NCBI GenBank assembly: GCA_012103255.1
Contig: WLXD01000004.1
Span: forward strand, 398,460 to 462,459
Length of the DNA stretch: 64,000 nucleotides
Reading direction: 5' to 3'
Source of the DNA: Acidobacteriota bacterium
Lineage (GTDB): Bacteria; Acidobacteriota; UBA890; WLXD01
Positions 1 to 9,988 of the stretch are shown piece by piece. The notes below the pieces were generated by a model, which was not told the DNA's origin, ran no database searches, and worked only from the letters and a program-made list of their open reading frames with translations. The position numbers and the translations under genes were made by a program. Numbering within the stretch: the first letter of the stretch is position 1; every line of letters starts with the position of its first letter.

Positions 1-1244
1 TTGGGATCACTCGGGGCGGGACGGACGCGCTACGGAGCGGGCGCGGCGCGATCGGCGTGGGAGGGCAACTCTGGAACGTCCTCGTCGTGGCAGAGGTCGC
101 GCTCGCCATCCTGCTCCTGACCGGAGCCGGCCTGATGATCCGCAGCTTCTGGCAGGTCATGCAGGTCCACACAGGCTACGAAGCCGAGAACGTTCTCACC
201 GCCGAGGTGGCCATTCCGTCCGCGCTCTATGCAGAGGATGGTGACGCCGCACGTATTCTCGAGGCCATGGCGTCGGATATCGCGGCGTTGCCAGGAGTCG
301 AAGCCACTGGTTTCGTGAATCACCTCCCCATGGCCGGGCTGAGCATCAACGGTGCTTTCAACGTCGAGGGCAGTGGGTTGTCCAACGCGTATGCCTCCTA
401 TCGGGTGACGGGCGGCAACTACTTCGAAGCGATGCGTATTCCGCTTCTCGAAGGCCGACTGTTCGACGCCCGGGATATCCAGGGCGCCGAGCCGGTGGTG
501 ATCGTGAACGCGAGCTTCGCCGCGGCTGTCTTCCCCGGCGAGAGCGCTGTCGGGAAACGCATCGGCAATCTCGCGAACGACAACTGGATCTACGGCGACG
601 AGTGGATGCGCATCATCGGCGTGGTCGGCGACGTTCGGCATGGAGGTCCCGAGCGGCCTGCGCACCGCGAAACGTACGTGCACTACCTGCAGCGCCCCTA
701 CCGGGCCCGGGGCCCCTCGTTCGCAATCCGCATAGCCGGTGACCCGGCCGCGGTAACACCCCTGATCCGCGAACGCGTGGCGCGTCTCGACGATCAGATC
801 CCGATCGAGTTCAAAGCTCTGGAGGAACACGTGCAGGCGGCCGCCGCGCCGCGCACGTTCACGCTTCTGGTTCTTGGGGTCTTCGCGGCCGTAGCCCTGT
901 CGCTCGCGGCCGTAGGCATCTACGGGGTGGTGTCATACGCCGTAGCGCGACGTCATCGCGAAATGGGGATCCGGATGGCGCTCGGAGCCGCACCGCGATC
1001 CGTGCAGCGAATGGTGATCGGGGAGTCGCTACGACGCGTCGGTATCGGTGTGGCTCTCGGCGTCGGAGCGGCCGTCGCCGCCACTCGTCTTCTCGACAGC
1101 ATGCTGTTCGAGGTCGACCGTCTCGATCCGGTCGCGTTCGTCGCCGGCGCTGTCGCCCTATTGGGCGCGGCGACTCTCGCCAGCTGGTTGCCTGCTCGGC
1201 GATCGGCGCGTGTCGACCCCGCCGTGGCCATCCGCAACGACTAG
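1..1244 (+). CDS. ADOP-type (duplicated MacB/FtsX) ABC permease, C-terminal part; 5' end outside the window
   Basis: Frame is open from position 3. Contains VAEVALAILLLTGAGLMIRSF, the MacB periplasmic VIVNASFA motif, GIYGVVSYAVARRHREMGIRMALGA and the C-terminal PARRSARVDPAVAIRND. Confidence 0.92.
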   Translation, partial: GITRGGTDALRSGRGAIGVGGQLWNVLVVAEVALAILLLTGAGLMIRSFWQVMQVHTGYEAENVLTAEVAIPSALYAEDGDAARILEAMASDIAALPGVEATGFVNHLPMAGLSINGAFNVEGSGLSNAYASYRVTGGNYFEAMRIPLLEGRLFDARDIQGAEPVVIVNASFAAAVFPGESAVGKRIGNLANDNWIYGDEWMRIIGVVGDVRHGGPERPAHRETYVHYLQRPYRARGPSFAIRIAGDPAAVTPLIRERVARLDDQIPIEFKALEEHVQAAAAPRTFTLLVLGVFAAVALSLAAVGIYGVVSYAVARRHREMGIRMALGAAPRSVQRMVIGESLRRVGIGVALGVGAAVAATRLLDSMLFEVDRLDPVAFVAGAVALLGAATLASWLPARRSARVDPAVAIRND

Positions 1245-1318
1245 TCACGCGCCGGCCCCGCGGGAAAGCGATAGCATGACGGGTGAGTTTTCCGTAGACC
1301 CACTCTCACCCGACGAAG

Positions 1319-2422
1319 ATGACGAACAACGATCCGGACCTCCAGGCAAACGTAGAAGCTGCGCGCGAAGCGCTCGACGCGCATGTGCGCGAGATCGTAG
1401 CGTGGCATTTCGACCCGGCCACCGGCTGTCCCTATTGGCTCGATTGGGCCGAGCAGGCCGGCTGGAACCCGCGCGACGAAATCGGTGGATTCGCCGACCT
1501 CGGCAAGTTCGGCTTGTTCGAGGACGAGGCGTTGCGCGGCGGTCCGGTGCGTCGATGGGTGCCGAAGGCCTATGCCGATAGTCCGATCTACACGTTCGAG
1601 ACCGGCGGAACTACGGGAACGCCCAAGTCCCGGATCAACATCAACGACTTCCGCACGGACTACGAGCTGTTCGCCGACAACCTGCCGGAGGAGTACTTCC
1701 CGAAAGGTGCGAACTGGTTGATGCTCGGGCCGAGCGGCCCGCGCCGTCTGCGCCTCGCGGTGGAGCATCTGGCTCAATACCGCGGCGGCATCAGCTTCTG
1801 CGTGGATCTCGACCCGCGGTGGGTGATCAAGCTGATCAAGAAGGGCTGGAACGATCATCTGGTGGCCTACCAGGAGCACGTGATCGACCAGGCCGTGTCT
1901 ATCCTGAAGGCTGGGCATGATGTGCAGTGCATGTTCACGACTCCGAAGCTTCTGGAAGCGCTCGCGCTGCGCCTTGATGACATGGGAACGACGATGCACG
2001 AGATGGGCATCACGGGCATCTTCTCGGGAGGCACGGAATTCACGCCGCAGTGGAACCGGTTCGCACATGAGGAGCTGCTCGATGGCGCCTACATGACGCC
2101 GACCTACGGCAACACCCTGATGGGTCTCGCGGCAAGTTCACCCAGCGGCCCGGACAACGGCTACAAGATCACCTACTACGCACCTCAACCGCGCGCCGTC
2201 CTACAGGTTGTCGAGCCCGATGATCCAATGACGGTCGTCGAGTACGGCGGCACCGGCCGAGTGAAACTCACGACCCTCACCAAGGAGTTCTTCGTTCCTG
2301 GATTCCTGGAGCGCGACGAGGGCGAACGCGAACTGCCCTATGCCGCCTACCCATGGGACGGAGTGAGCGGCGTCCGGCCGTTTGCCAAGCTGGCGAGTTC
2401 GACCACGGTCGGGGTCTACTGA
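1319..2422 (+). CDS. GriC/EhpF-like stand-alone adenylate-forming enzyme (short ANL/PaaK-like fold)
   Basis: Adenylation P-loop FETGGTTGTPKSR, YGNT motif, GRVKLTTLTKEFFVPGFLERD. The 367 aa length fits the EhpF/GriC family. Confidence 0.78.
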   Translation: MTNNDPDLQANVEAAREALDAHVREIVAWHFDPATGCPYWLDWAEQAGWNPRDEIGGFADLGKFGLFEDEALRGGPVRRWVPKAYADSPIYTFETGGTTGTPKSRININDFRTDYELFADNLPEEYFPKGANWLMLGPSGPRRLRLAVEHLAQYRGGISFCVDLDPRWVIKLIKKGWNDHLVAYQEHVIDQAVSILKAGHDVQCMFTTPKLLEALALRLDDMGTTMHEMGITGIFSGGTEFTPQWNRFAHEELLDGAYMTPTYGNTLMGLAASSPSGPDNGYKITYYAPQPRAVLQVVEPDDPMTVVEYGGTGRVKLTTLTKEFFVPGFLERDEGERELPYAAYPWDGVSGVRPFAKLASSTTVGVY

Positions 2423-2465
2423 GCCCCGTCTCCCCTACCTCACGATCGATCCGCGGAGGGTTGCC

Positions 2466-3662
2466 ATGCGTAGCCATACCGGCACGTTTGCTCGTCTGAC
2501 GTTTGGCGTGATGCTAACCACCATCGTGGCAGGTTGTGTCAGCACTTCTGCACCCGACCGAACGGGCCTGATGACGGAGGCCTCGAACGTGACGGCCGAC
2601 GCTCGCCAGGTCACGATGCGCATCGATGAGTTCACTGGCCTCTGGCTGGGTGCGGTGGAGTGGCGTGCCGACATGATTCGTTCGGCCAGCGATGACCCCG
2701 AGGTGCGCCGCAATGCGCTGCTCTGGAAAATCAACGCCAGCAGCGCCATGCTGCGGGCGACCGGCCACAACGATCCGCTCATCGCGTTGATGGATGCGTG
2801 GACTCTGGTCTACCAGTTCAAGGACTACTTCGAGAGTGGTCAGGGCGCTGACAACTTCGGCGACCAGATCCATATCGCGCGTGAACTCTCGGTGGCAGCG
2901 ATCCAGGAGATCGAGACGGTCGCGGTGCGGATCTCGAACACCGAGGGCGTGGCCAATGGACGCCGCATTGCGGCCGACTTCGCCGCGCGCGAGCCGATCG
3001 TCAACGAGTACTACCTGCGCCGGTCCGTCGCCAACGATCTTGTCGAGAGCCTGCCAACCGAGACCCGCACGGCGTTCGCCTCGCTAGGAACGATCACGCA
3101 GACCGTCGAATCGCTGAGTTCGCGCCTGACGCTCTACCTGGCATTCCTTCCCAAGCAGGCCCGCTGGCAGGCCGAGTTCATGCTCGAGGACCCGAACACC
3201 AGCGGTATGCTGGCCGGCGCGCTCGAGGACGTCTCGTCGATCGATGACACCGCCGATCGCCTGGCCGACACTCTGGATCACGCGGTCGATGACGTGCTCC
3301 CTGAAACGGTCGAGGGCATCATCGAGGTACTTCGCGCCGAGGTTGATGCGATCGAGGCGCTCGTAGACAGCGAGCGCGAGCTCATTCTCAACCGACTCCC
3401 CGAGGAGTATGCCGAGATCTTCGCGCTCGTCACCGAACAGCGCGAGGAAGCCCTGCGCCGGGTCGAGATCAAGGTCGACAACGTCATCGCCGAGGTAGAT
3501 CAGATCGCGCAACGGACTCTCGGCGACGCTGAGGGGCTTACACGTGGCACTGTGGACTACGCATTCGAGCGCGCCGTTCCGTACCTGATCGCAGCCTTCT
3601 TCGGACTCTTCATTCTCTTCCTCGTGTATCGCCTCGTGCCGCAGCGCGTGCGCACTGACTGA
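2466..3662 (+). CDS. Hypothetical lipoprotein with helical/coiled-coil body and C-terminal TM helix
   Basis: ATG at 2466 after GGAGG. Signal peptide with lipobox IVAGC; acidic helical region; C-terminal AVPYLIAAFFGLFILFLVY followed by basic residues. Confidence 0.8.
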   Translation: MRSHTGTFARLTFGVMLTTIVAGCVSTSAPDRTGLMTEASNVTADARQVTMRIDEFTGLWLGAVEWRADMIRSASDDPEVRRNALLWKINASSAMLRATGHNDPLIALMDAWTLVYQFKDYFESGQGADNFGDQIHIARELSVAAIQEIETVAVRISNTEGVANGRRIAADFAAREPIVNEYYLRRSVANDLVESLPTETRTAFASLGTITQTVESLSSRLTLYLAFLPKQARWQAEFMLEDPNTSGMLAGALEDVSSIDDTADRLADTLDHAVDDVLPETVEGIIEVLRAEVDAIEALVDSERELILNRLPEEYAEIFALVTEQREEALRRVEIKVDNVIAEVDQIAQRTLGDAEGLTRGTVDYAFERAVPYLIAAFFGLFILFLVYRLVPQRVRTD

Positions 3663-3677
3663 TCCGGGAGCACTTCG

Positions 3678-5096
3678 TTGATCCACGTTCCGATTCTTCG
3701 TTGGGGCAAGCCCTACCAGAGCCTCGAGACGACCGTCGTTGAACACTTCGCCACCGGAGAACCGGTTGCCGAGGTCAGCGCCGCCACCGCGGGCATGGTG
3801 AAGCGCGACCTGCGCAAAGCAGCTCGAGCGCGTGCAGCCCTGCGCGAGTTCTCGCCGGCTGAACTTGCGGAATGTGCGCGGAAGGCTGCCGATCTCTACA
3901 TGAACGGCGACCTGCCGATCGGCGACGACGTGCAGACGCCGAACGACTTTGTTCGTCAGCAGTCGGCCACTTCCGGACTCCCGGAGGCTATGTGTCGCGC
4001 CAACATGGACAAGCTCAAGTTCGTCCTCGAGAACCTCGAAGAGGTCCTGGCAGCGCTGACGCGCGGTCTCGATCTCGACACGTTTGCGCGTGGTTGGGGC
4101 GACGAGAACGGACTCCTGCGCTCCTACCAGGTGCAGTCACCGGTGGTCGGTATGGTCCTGCCGTCCAACTCCCCGGGTGTCCACACACTCTGGATGCCGA
4201 TCCTGCCGCTCCAGGTCGGCCTGGTGATGAAACCCGGCTCGCAGGAGCCGTGGACGCCCTGGCGCATGTCGCAGGCGCTGATCGCTGCTGGAATCCCGGC
4301 CGAGGGCATTGCGCTCTATCCCGGCGGCCACGATGTCGGCGGGGCGATCCTCGAAACATGTGACCGCAGTCTCATTTTCGGCGGACCGCAAACGATCGAG
4401 CAATACGCGGGCGATCCGCGCGTGCAGGTACATGGCCCCGGCTTCAGCAAGATTCTGATTGGCGACGATGTCGTCGACGACTGGGAACAGCACCTGGACC
4501 TCATGGTCGAGAGCGTGCTTCTCAACGGTGGCCGATCCTGCATCAATTGCTCCAGCATCTGGGCGTCGCGCAATACGCGTGAAATTGCTGCAGCTTTGGC
4601 GGAGCGTCTGGGACCGGTCAACGCCCTGCCGCACGACCATCCTGATGCGGCCATCGCCGCCTTCACGGTTCCGGGGCAGGCAAAGGCGATCTCCGAGCAG
4701 ATCGACTCCATGTTGGCTTCGCCCGCAGTTGAAGAGGCCACGGCCGCCACGCGAGACGGCGAACGACTGGTCGACGAGGACCGCTATGGCTTCGTCCGTC
4801 CAACAGTCGTCCGATGCGACTCCCCTGAGGCTCCACTCGCGAACTCGGAGTACATGTTCCCGTTCGTGTCGGTAGTCGAGTGCGAGCAGGACGCCATGCT
4901 TCGGCATATCGGCCCGACCTTGGTCGGCACCGCGATCACGGGCGACGAGGGGTTCCGCGGTCAGCTTCTGGAGTCGCCGGAAATCGACCGCCTGAACTTC
5001 GGGCCGATCCCCACGACGCGGCTCAACTGGTTGCAGCCGCACGAGGGGAACATCGTCGACTTCCTCTACCGCGCGCGCGCCTTCCAGCAGGCCTGA
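3678..5096 (+). CDS. Aldehyde dehydrogenase-superfamily protein, GriD/LuxC-like acyl reductase type
   Basis: PSNSPGVH, MKPGSQEPWT, FGGPQT, HGPGFSK in place of ELGG, catalytic Cys in NGGRSCINCS, EYMFPF. TTG start after GGAG. Confidence 0.85.
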   Translation: MIHVPILRWGKPYQSLETTVVEHFATGEPVAEVSAATAGMVKRDLRKAARARAALREFSPAELAECARKAADLYMNGDLPIGDDVQTPNDFVRQQSATSGLPEAMCRANMDKLKFVLENLEEVLAALTRGLDLDTFARGWGDENGLLRSYQVQSPVVGMVLPSNSPGVHTLWMPILPLQVGLVMKPGSQEPWTPWRMSQALIAAGIPAEGIALYPGGHDVGGAILETCDRSLIFGGPQTIEQYAGDPRVQVHGPGFSKILIGDDVVDDWEQHLDLMVESVLLNGGRSCINCSSIWASRNTREIAAALAERLGPVNALPHDHPDAAIAAFTVPGQAKAISEQIDSMLASPAVEEATAATRDGERLVDEDRYGFVRPTVVRCDSPEAPLANSEYMFPFVSVVECEQDAMLRHIGPTLVGTAITGDEGFRGQLLESPEIDRLNFGPIPTTRLNWLQPHEGNIVDFLYRARAFQQA

Positions 5097-5106
5097 TCCT
5101 CAGAGA

Positions 5107-5124
5107 CCAGGCCTGCCGGCCTGG
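5107..5124. terminator. Short GC hairpin between convergent genes (possible bidirectional terminator)
   Basis: CCAGGCC-TGCC-GGCCTGG lies between the stops at 5096 and 5126; no U-tract. Confidence 0.3.
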
Positions 5125-5125
5125 C

Positions 5126-8100
5126 CTAGTCGTTCGGTCGGTCGCCGAGACTCTGCAGGTAGCCGTGCAGCTCGTCTGCCAACTCGTCGAAGCGAGCCTT
5201 CATGTCGCCGCTCGGCCGCTGGTCGGCCGTCTGGATGTTGAAGTACAGGTACTGCAACTGGTCGACGAGCATCGGCGGCGAGTAGCGCCGCGGTAGCGTG
5301 ACCATGGCGTCCCAGATCGCCTGCCGTTCTCCAGAGAGGCTGCCAGCAGCTTCGCGCTCCGCCGTGAGATCTGCCACCGCGCGCCGGGCCGCGCCCAGTG
5401 TGTCGCTAACCCTCGCCGCAAACTCAGCCTGCTCCGTGACGTCGGCAATGGTGATGCCCTCCGCGACGACCCGCGGATCCATCACAACTTCGAAATCGCG
5501 TGACGTTTGTGGCTCGCCATCGACGACGAGACTGGCGGAATACGTACCCGGCGGAACCATCGGGCCGCGCTGCCCGGCGGCGCGCGCACTCGAAGCCCAC
5601 GGTCCTGCCGATCGCGTATCCCAGGTGAACCGGTGCATCCCTGCAGTCGCTTCGAGCCGAGGGGTGCCAAGGGCAGCCATCCGCCATTCCCGCATCCCGG
5701 GCTCTGCGTCGACCACTTCCTGGCCCGCACCCTCGGAACTGAACGCCCGCACAAGCTCGCCGCCTTCGTTGCGGATTTCCAGTCGAAGCTCGCCGGTCAG
5801 ATCTCCCTCGAGGAAATAGTCCAGATTCGCTCCCGCGGCCGGGTACTGCGGATCTGCCGGGCCTGGCGCGCGGAAGAAGAAGCCTCGACCGCGCGCGCGA
5901 ATCGCGTCCTCGATCGGAAACAGATGCGTGGTACCAGCCACGCCGTCGGCGTCGCGCACTGGCGAGACATCCGCCAGAATCCAGAAGCCGCGCCCCATGG
6001 TGGAGAGCACGACGTCGCTCCCGACAACCTTGATGTCGGTAATCGGTGTGACAGGCAGGTTCAGCTGTAGCGACTGCCAGTGGCCTCCATCGTTGAACGA
6101 TACGAACATGCCGAACTCGGTGCCCGCATACAGCAGGCCACGACGTGTCGGATCCTCGCGGACGACGCGAACCGGGTGGTCAGACGGGATGCCGTTGTTG
6201 CCCGATGTGAGCAGCGTCCAGTTCGCACCGTAGTCGGTGGTCTTGAATGCGTAGGGCGCAAAATCGCCGAGCTGGTAGCGAATGATCGTGGCGTAGGCCG
6301 TGCCCGGGTCGTGCGGCGACACCTCGATGTTCTGCACGCGCCCATGCGGGCCGGTGCCATCGGGAGTTACGTCCGTCCAGTTGGCACCGCCGTCGCGGGT
6401 CACGTGGATCGGGCCGTCGTTTGAGCCGGCCCAGATCACGCCGGCCTCGTGCGGCGACTCCTGCACGTCGTACAGCGTGGAGAAATGTTCCTCGCCTGTG
6501 ACGTCGAGAGTGATGGGAGCGCCGGACACCACCTGGGTCTCCGGATCAAACGCGGTGAGGTCCGGCGAGATCGTCTGCCAGGTCAGTCCGCCATCTTCCG
6601 TCACATGGACGAACTGCGACGTGTGGTAGACCCGGGTCGCCTTGTGCGGCGACACCGCGATCGGCGCGACGCGCTGGAACCGGAAGGCCAGATCCTTGGG
6701 GTTGCGGCCGTAGATGTTCCAGTAGCCGACGTAGTTCTGCTGCTCCTGCCCCGTGCGTTCGTTGTAGAAACCGAACCGCCCCTTGCAGTTGGCATAGACG
6801 ATGTCCGGGTCGCCAGGCTTCGGAACCACGGGCCCCGTCTCGCAGCCGCCGTGCGACTCCCAGTACGCTTCCGGCCCGCCCGGACGTCCGGACTCGGCGC
6901 GGCTCGGAACCGAAATCGTCGAGTTGTCCTGTTGACCGGCGTAGAGCCTGTAGGGGTACTCATCCGAGATGTCCACCTGATAGAGCTCAGCCGTCGCCTG
7001 ATTGTTCTGCGTCGACCACGTGGCGCCGCCGTCGCGCGACACGTTGGCCCCGCCGTCATTGGCCTGCACCATCACCATCGGATCGTCGGGGTTGATCCAC
7101 AGGTCGTGGTTGTCGCCGTGCGGCACGCGCTGGGCCTGCCAGTTCTCGCCCGCGTCGGTGGACTTGTAGAACCCTTCTGCCATGCCCCAGATCGTGTCCG
7201 GGTCGGTCGGGTGCGCGTTCAGATTCGTGTAGTAGAAGGGGCGATTGCGGATCGGCTGGAAGGCCGTGACGTGGTGCCACGTATCGCCGCAATCGTCGGA
7301 TCGGTAGACGCCACCTGCGTCCTCGGGAGCCTCGATGAGCACGTAGACCCGATCCGGGTCGGCCGGCGTCACGGCGAGATCCGCCTTGCCGCGAAGGCCA
7401 GTCGGCAGACCGTCAGTCAGTTGATCCCAGTTGTCGCCACCGTCGGTGGAACGAAACACGCCGCCTTCCATGCCGCCGGAGATGATGGTCCAGGGCTTGC
7501 GCTCCGCCTCCCATGCAGTGGCGTAGATGCGACTCGGGTCGTCGGGTGCGAACTCCAGATCAACCGCACCAGTGCGTTCCGATATGTAGAGCACCAGTTC
7601 CCAGGTGGCTCCGCCGTCGCGAGTCCGGTAGACGCCGCGTTCGGGGTTCGAGATGAACGGATTCCCGATCGCCGCCACGTAGGCAACGTCCGGATTGTCC
7701 GGATGGACAATCACCGCGCCCGTGTTGCCGGTGTTATCCAGACCGACGTGCTCCCACGATTCGCCGGCGTCGGTCGACTTGTAGACGCCCTTGCCGATAA
7801 TGACGTTGCTCCGCAGCCCGTCCGAACCCGTCGACACGTAGACAACGTCCGCGTCGGACTCCGCAACCGCGATCGCTCCGATCGATCCCGTGGCAAAAAA
7901 ACCATCGGAAACCGGGTGCCAGTTATGTCCGTAGTCCGTTGTCTTCCAGACGCCCCCACCCGAGGCGCCCATGTAGAACGTGCTCGGTTGCTCGCGATGC
8001 CCCGCAACGGCGGTAACACGGCCGCCACGCGACGGACCCACGTAGTAGTAGCGCAGCCCGCCAAAGCGCACTGACGGAACGATCTCGGCATCCGGCTCTT

Positions 8101-8185
8101 GCGCGACGGCAAGGGAAACCGGGGCGGCCACTAGGGGCGCGACCAGGGCGGCAACAACAGCGACAACAAGTAGACGATTCTTCAC
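5126..8185 (-). CDS. Secreted VPS10/sortilin-like BNR(Asp-box) beta-propeller protein (putative glycosyl hydrolase)
   Basis: GTG start at 8185 after GAGGAG; signal peptide; GPSRGGRV; many S/T-x-D-x-G-x-T/N-W repeats; GTEFG and TMGRGFW motifs. Confidence 0.88.
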   Translation of the reverse strand: MKNRLLVVAVVAALVAPLVAAPVSLAVAQEPDAEIVPSVRFGGLRYYYVGPSRGGRVTAVAGHREQPSTFYMGASGGGVWKTTDYGHNWHPVSDGFFATGSIGAIAVAESDADVVYVSTGSDGLRSNVIIGKGVYKSTDAGESWEHVGLDNTGNTGAVIVHPDNPDVAYVAAIGNPFISNPERGVYRTRDGGATWELVLYISERTGAVDLEFAPDDPSRIYATAWEAERKPWTIISGGMEGGVFRSTDGGDNWDQLTDGLPTGLRGKADLAVTPADPDRVYVLIEAPEDAGGVYRSDDCGDTWHHVTAFQPIRNRPFYYTNLNAHPTDPDTIWGMAEGFYKSTDAGENWQAQRVPHGDNHDLWINPDDPMVMVQANDGGANVSRDGGATWSTQNNQATAELYQVDISDEYPYRLYAGQQDNSTISVPSRAESGRPGGPEAYWESHGGCETGPVVPKPGDPDIVYANCKGRFGFYNERTGQEQQNYVGYWNIYGRNPKDLAFRFQRVAPIAVSPHKATRVYHTSQFVHVTEDGGLTWQTISPDLTAFDPETQVVSGAPITLDVTGEEHFSTLYDVQESPHEAGVIWAGSNDGPIHVTRDGGANWTDVTPDGTGPHGRVQNIEVSPHDPGTAYATIIRYQLGDFAPYAFKTTDYGANWTLLTSGNNGIPSDHPVRVVREDPTRRGLLYAGTEFGMFVSFNDGGHWQSLQLNLPVTPITDIKVVGSDVVLSTMGRGFWILADVSPVRDADGVAGTTHLFPIEDAIRARGRGFFFRAPGPADPQYPAAGANLDYFLEGDLTGELRLEIRNEGGELVRAFSSEGAGQEVVDAEPGMREWRMAALGTPRLEATAGMHRFTWDTRSAGPWASSARAAGQRGPMVPPGTYSASLVVDGEPQTSRDFEVVMDPRVVAEGITIADVTEQAEFAARVSDTLGAARRAVADLTAEREAAGSLSGERQAIWDAMVTLPRRYSPPMLVDQLQYLYFNIQTADQRPSGDMKARFDELADELHGYLQSLGDRPND

Positions 8186-8264
8186 GGACGGCTCCTCTGG
8201 AGGGGTGGTCGCGAGGCGCATTTTGCCTCGTGAAGCGGGCGCGGTCGAGACGGGACCCGCGAAC

Positions 8265-9425
8265 TCAGGCGCCGGCGCCCGAAAGCAGTCCTCGCGCGAT
8301 CGCGGCGTAGCCGCCTCGCGCGCCCTCGAGTTGCTCGATCTCGATGTACTCGTCGACCACGTGCGCCAGGTGCTCGGAGCTCGGCCCGAACCCGATCGTC
8401 GGAACCCCGGCGTAGCCTCCGCTGTAGGCACCGTTCGTGCAGAACTGGTAGCTGGCAAGCTCCGGATCGAATCCGGCGTCACGAAGCGACGCCAGAGAAA
8501 GCGCCACGATCGGATCGTCCTCGGCGAATTCCCACGGCGCGAACCACTTTGGCTGTTCCCAACTCACGCCGGTGTAGCTGGTGTAGTCCGCAAGTGCCAA
8601 ACTGACCTCTGTTTCCGGATGACCGGCCCGCGCACAGGCTTCGCGCATGGCGTCAAGCACATCATCCTGCGTCTCTCCGGGTAGCAGTCGCCTCTCGTAG
8701 GTCGCGCGACACGCGCTCGGCACTACCGAGTGGGCGGGATACGGCACTGAGATGATGTCCGTAAGACACATCACGCCCTCGCCGACGAACTCATGGCTCG
8801 GCATCGGAAGACGTTCGATCTCCTCGATCACCCGTTGCATCACGTGGACGGCGTTGACGCCGCGTTCCGGACTCGAAGCGTGAGCTGGTTGGCCCTGGCT
8901 CACCAGCCTGAACTCGGCGCGACCGCGGCCGGCGCGCACGAGATTCAGGTCGGACGCCTCGCCGATCACCACAAAATCTGCCCCGTGACGCTGCATCACA
9001 ACGCGCAGAGCTGCGCCCTCAATGAGTTCCTCGCCAACCGACGCAGACACCACGATCTTGCCGCGAACGGATTCACGATCGAGTCTGCCCACAGCGTGAA
9101 CCATCGCAGCGAGCGCGCCCTTCATGTCGCTAGTGCCACGGCCGTACAGACGGCCGTCCACGACCTCTCCCCCGAACGGGTCGTGCGTCCACTCGGCCCG
9201 TGGCATGACGTCGACCGTATCCATGTGAGCGTCCAGGACGAGCGTTGGTCCCGGGGACGCCCCGCGAAGCACACCAACTGCATTTCCGGCCTCATCGATC
9301 TCGACGTCGTCGAAACCAAGCAGTCGCATCTCAGCGATCGTTCGCTCGGCAACGCCGTGCTCGTCGCCGAGAACGCTCGGGATTCGCACAAGGTCGCGAG
9401 CGAAGCTCAGCAACGGTTGATCCAT
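8265..9425 (-). CDS. M20 family metallohydrolase (ArgE/DapE/YgeY-like)
   Basis: DAHMDTV, GRGTSDMKG, GEE, GEAS, AHAS, AHVVDEY motifs. Likely ATG at 9425 after AGGAG. Confidence 0.9.
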   Translation of the reverse strand: MDQPLLSFARDLVRIPSVLGDEHGVAERTIAEMRLLGFDDVEIDEAGNAVGVLRGASPGPTLVLDAHMDTVDVMPRAEWTHDPFGGEVVDGRLYGRGTSDMKGALAAMVHAVGRLDRESVRGKIVVSASVGEELIEGAALRVVMQRHGADFVVIGEASDLNLVRAGRGRAEFRLVSQGQPAHASSPERGVNAVHVMQRVIEEIERLPMPSHEFVGEGVMCLTDIISVPYPAHSVVPSACRATYERRLLPGETQDDVLDAMREACARAGHPETEVSLALADYTSYTGVSWEQPKWFAPWEFAEDDPIVALSLASLRDAGFDPELASYQFCTNGAYSGGYAGVPTIGFGPSSEHLAHVVDEYIEIEQLEGARGGYAAIARGLLSGAGA

Positions 9426-9556
9426 GACCCACAGACTCCTCGGATGATCGGGGAGAGGCTCGCGCGGCAAACAGGCTGGTAGATTAACCCGCTCGCTGGC
9501 CGACACGTGACAACGTCCGCGCGGCCCAATCGCATCGCATCACCGGGAGCCTCACG

Positions 9557-9979
9557 ATGGCCATGACCACCGTCACGCCGAATATCTTTGTCGACGATGT
9601 CGGCAAGACCGTTGACTGGTACCGCGACGTTCTGGGGTTCAAGTTCGACGTCGGCGTCATCGAGGGCACCGAAGACAGCACGTTCGAGTACACCGGTCAG
9701 TCACTCGGGTTCGCGATCATGAGCCACGGTGATGTGCAGCTCATGTTCCAGTCGCGCGGCAGCGTAGCCGTGGACCTGCCGGGCATCCAGCCGGCGTCCG
9801 GCGATGCGTTCGCCCTCTACATCGGAGTGGAAGACGTGGACGCGCTGTACGCGAAGGTCAGCGCGCAGGTCGACCTGGAGATCGACCTGCGCGACACCTT
9901 CTACGGCGCCCGCGAGTTCCACTTTCGCGACTGCAACGGCACTATGGTCGGCCTCGCCCAGCGACCTGAGCGAGGCTGA
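9557..9979 (+). CDS. VOC/glyoxalase-bleomycin resistance family protein
   Basis: VDDVGKTVDWYRDVLGF and DTFYGAREFHFRDCNG motifs. Confidence 0.88.
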   Translation: MAMTTVTPNIFVDDVGKTVDWYRDVLGFKFDVGVIEGTEDSTFEYTGQSLGFAIMSHGDVQLMFQSRGSVAVDLPGIQPASGDAFALYIGVEDVDALYAKVSAQVDLEIDLRDTFYGAREFHFRDCNGTMVGLAQRPERG

Positions 9980-9988
9980 CGCGGCCGG

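Noticed and set aside
6449..8074. 541-aa plus-strand ORF (similar cases at 15108-16805, 27223-28848 and 30128-31612)
   Set aside because: Antisense to well-supported genes; explained by GC3 codon bias suppressing stops.
5126..8482. Extended N-termini from the ORF track (also tpx, SDR, kynU, radical SAM, CoA ligase)
   Set aside because: The extensions overlap neighbouring genes; downstream starts with RBS, coupling or family-typical N-termini fit better.
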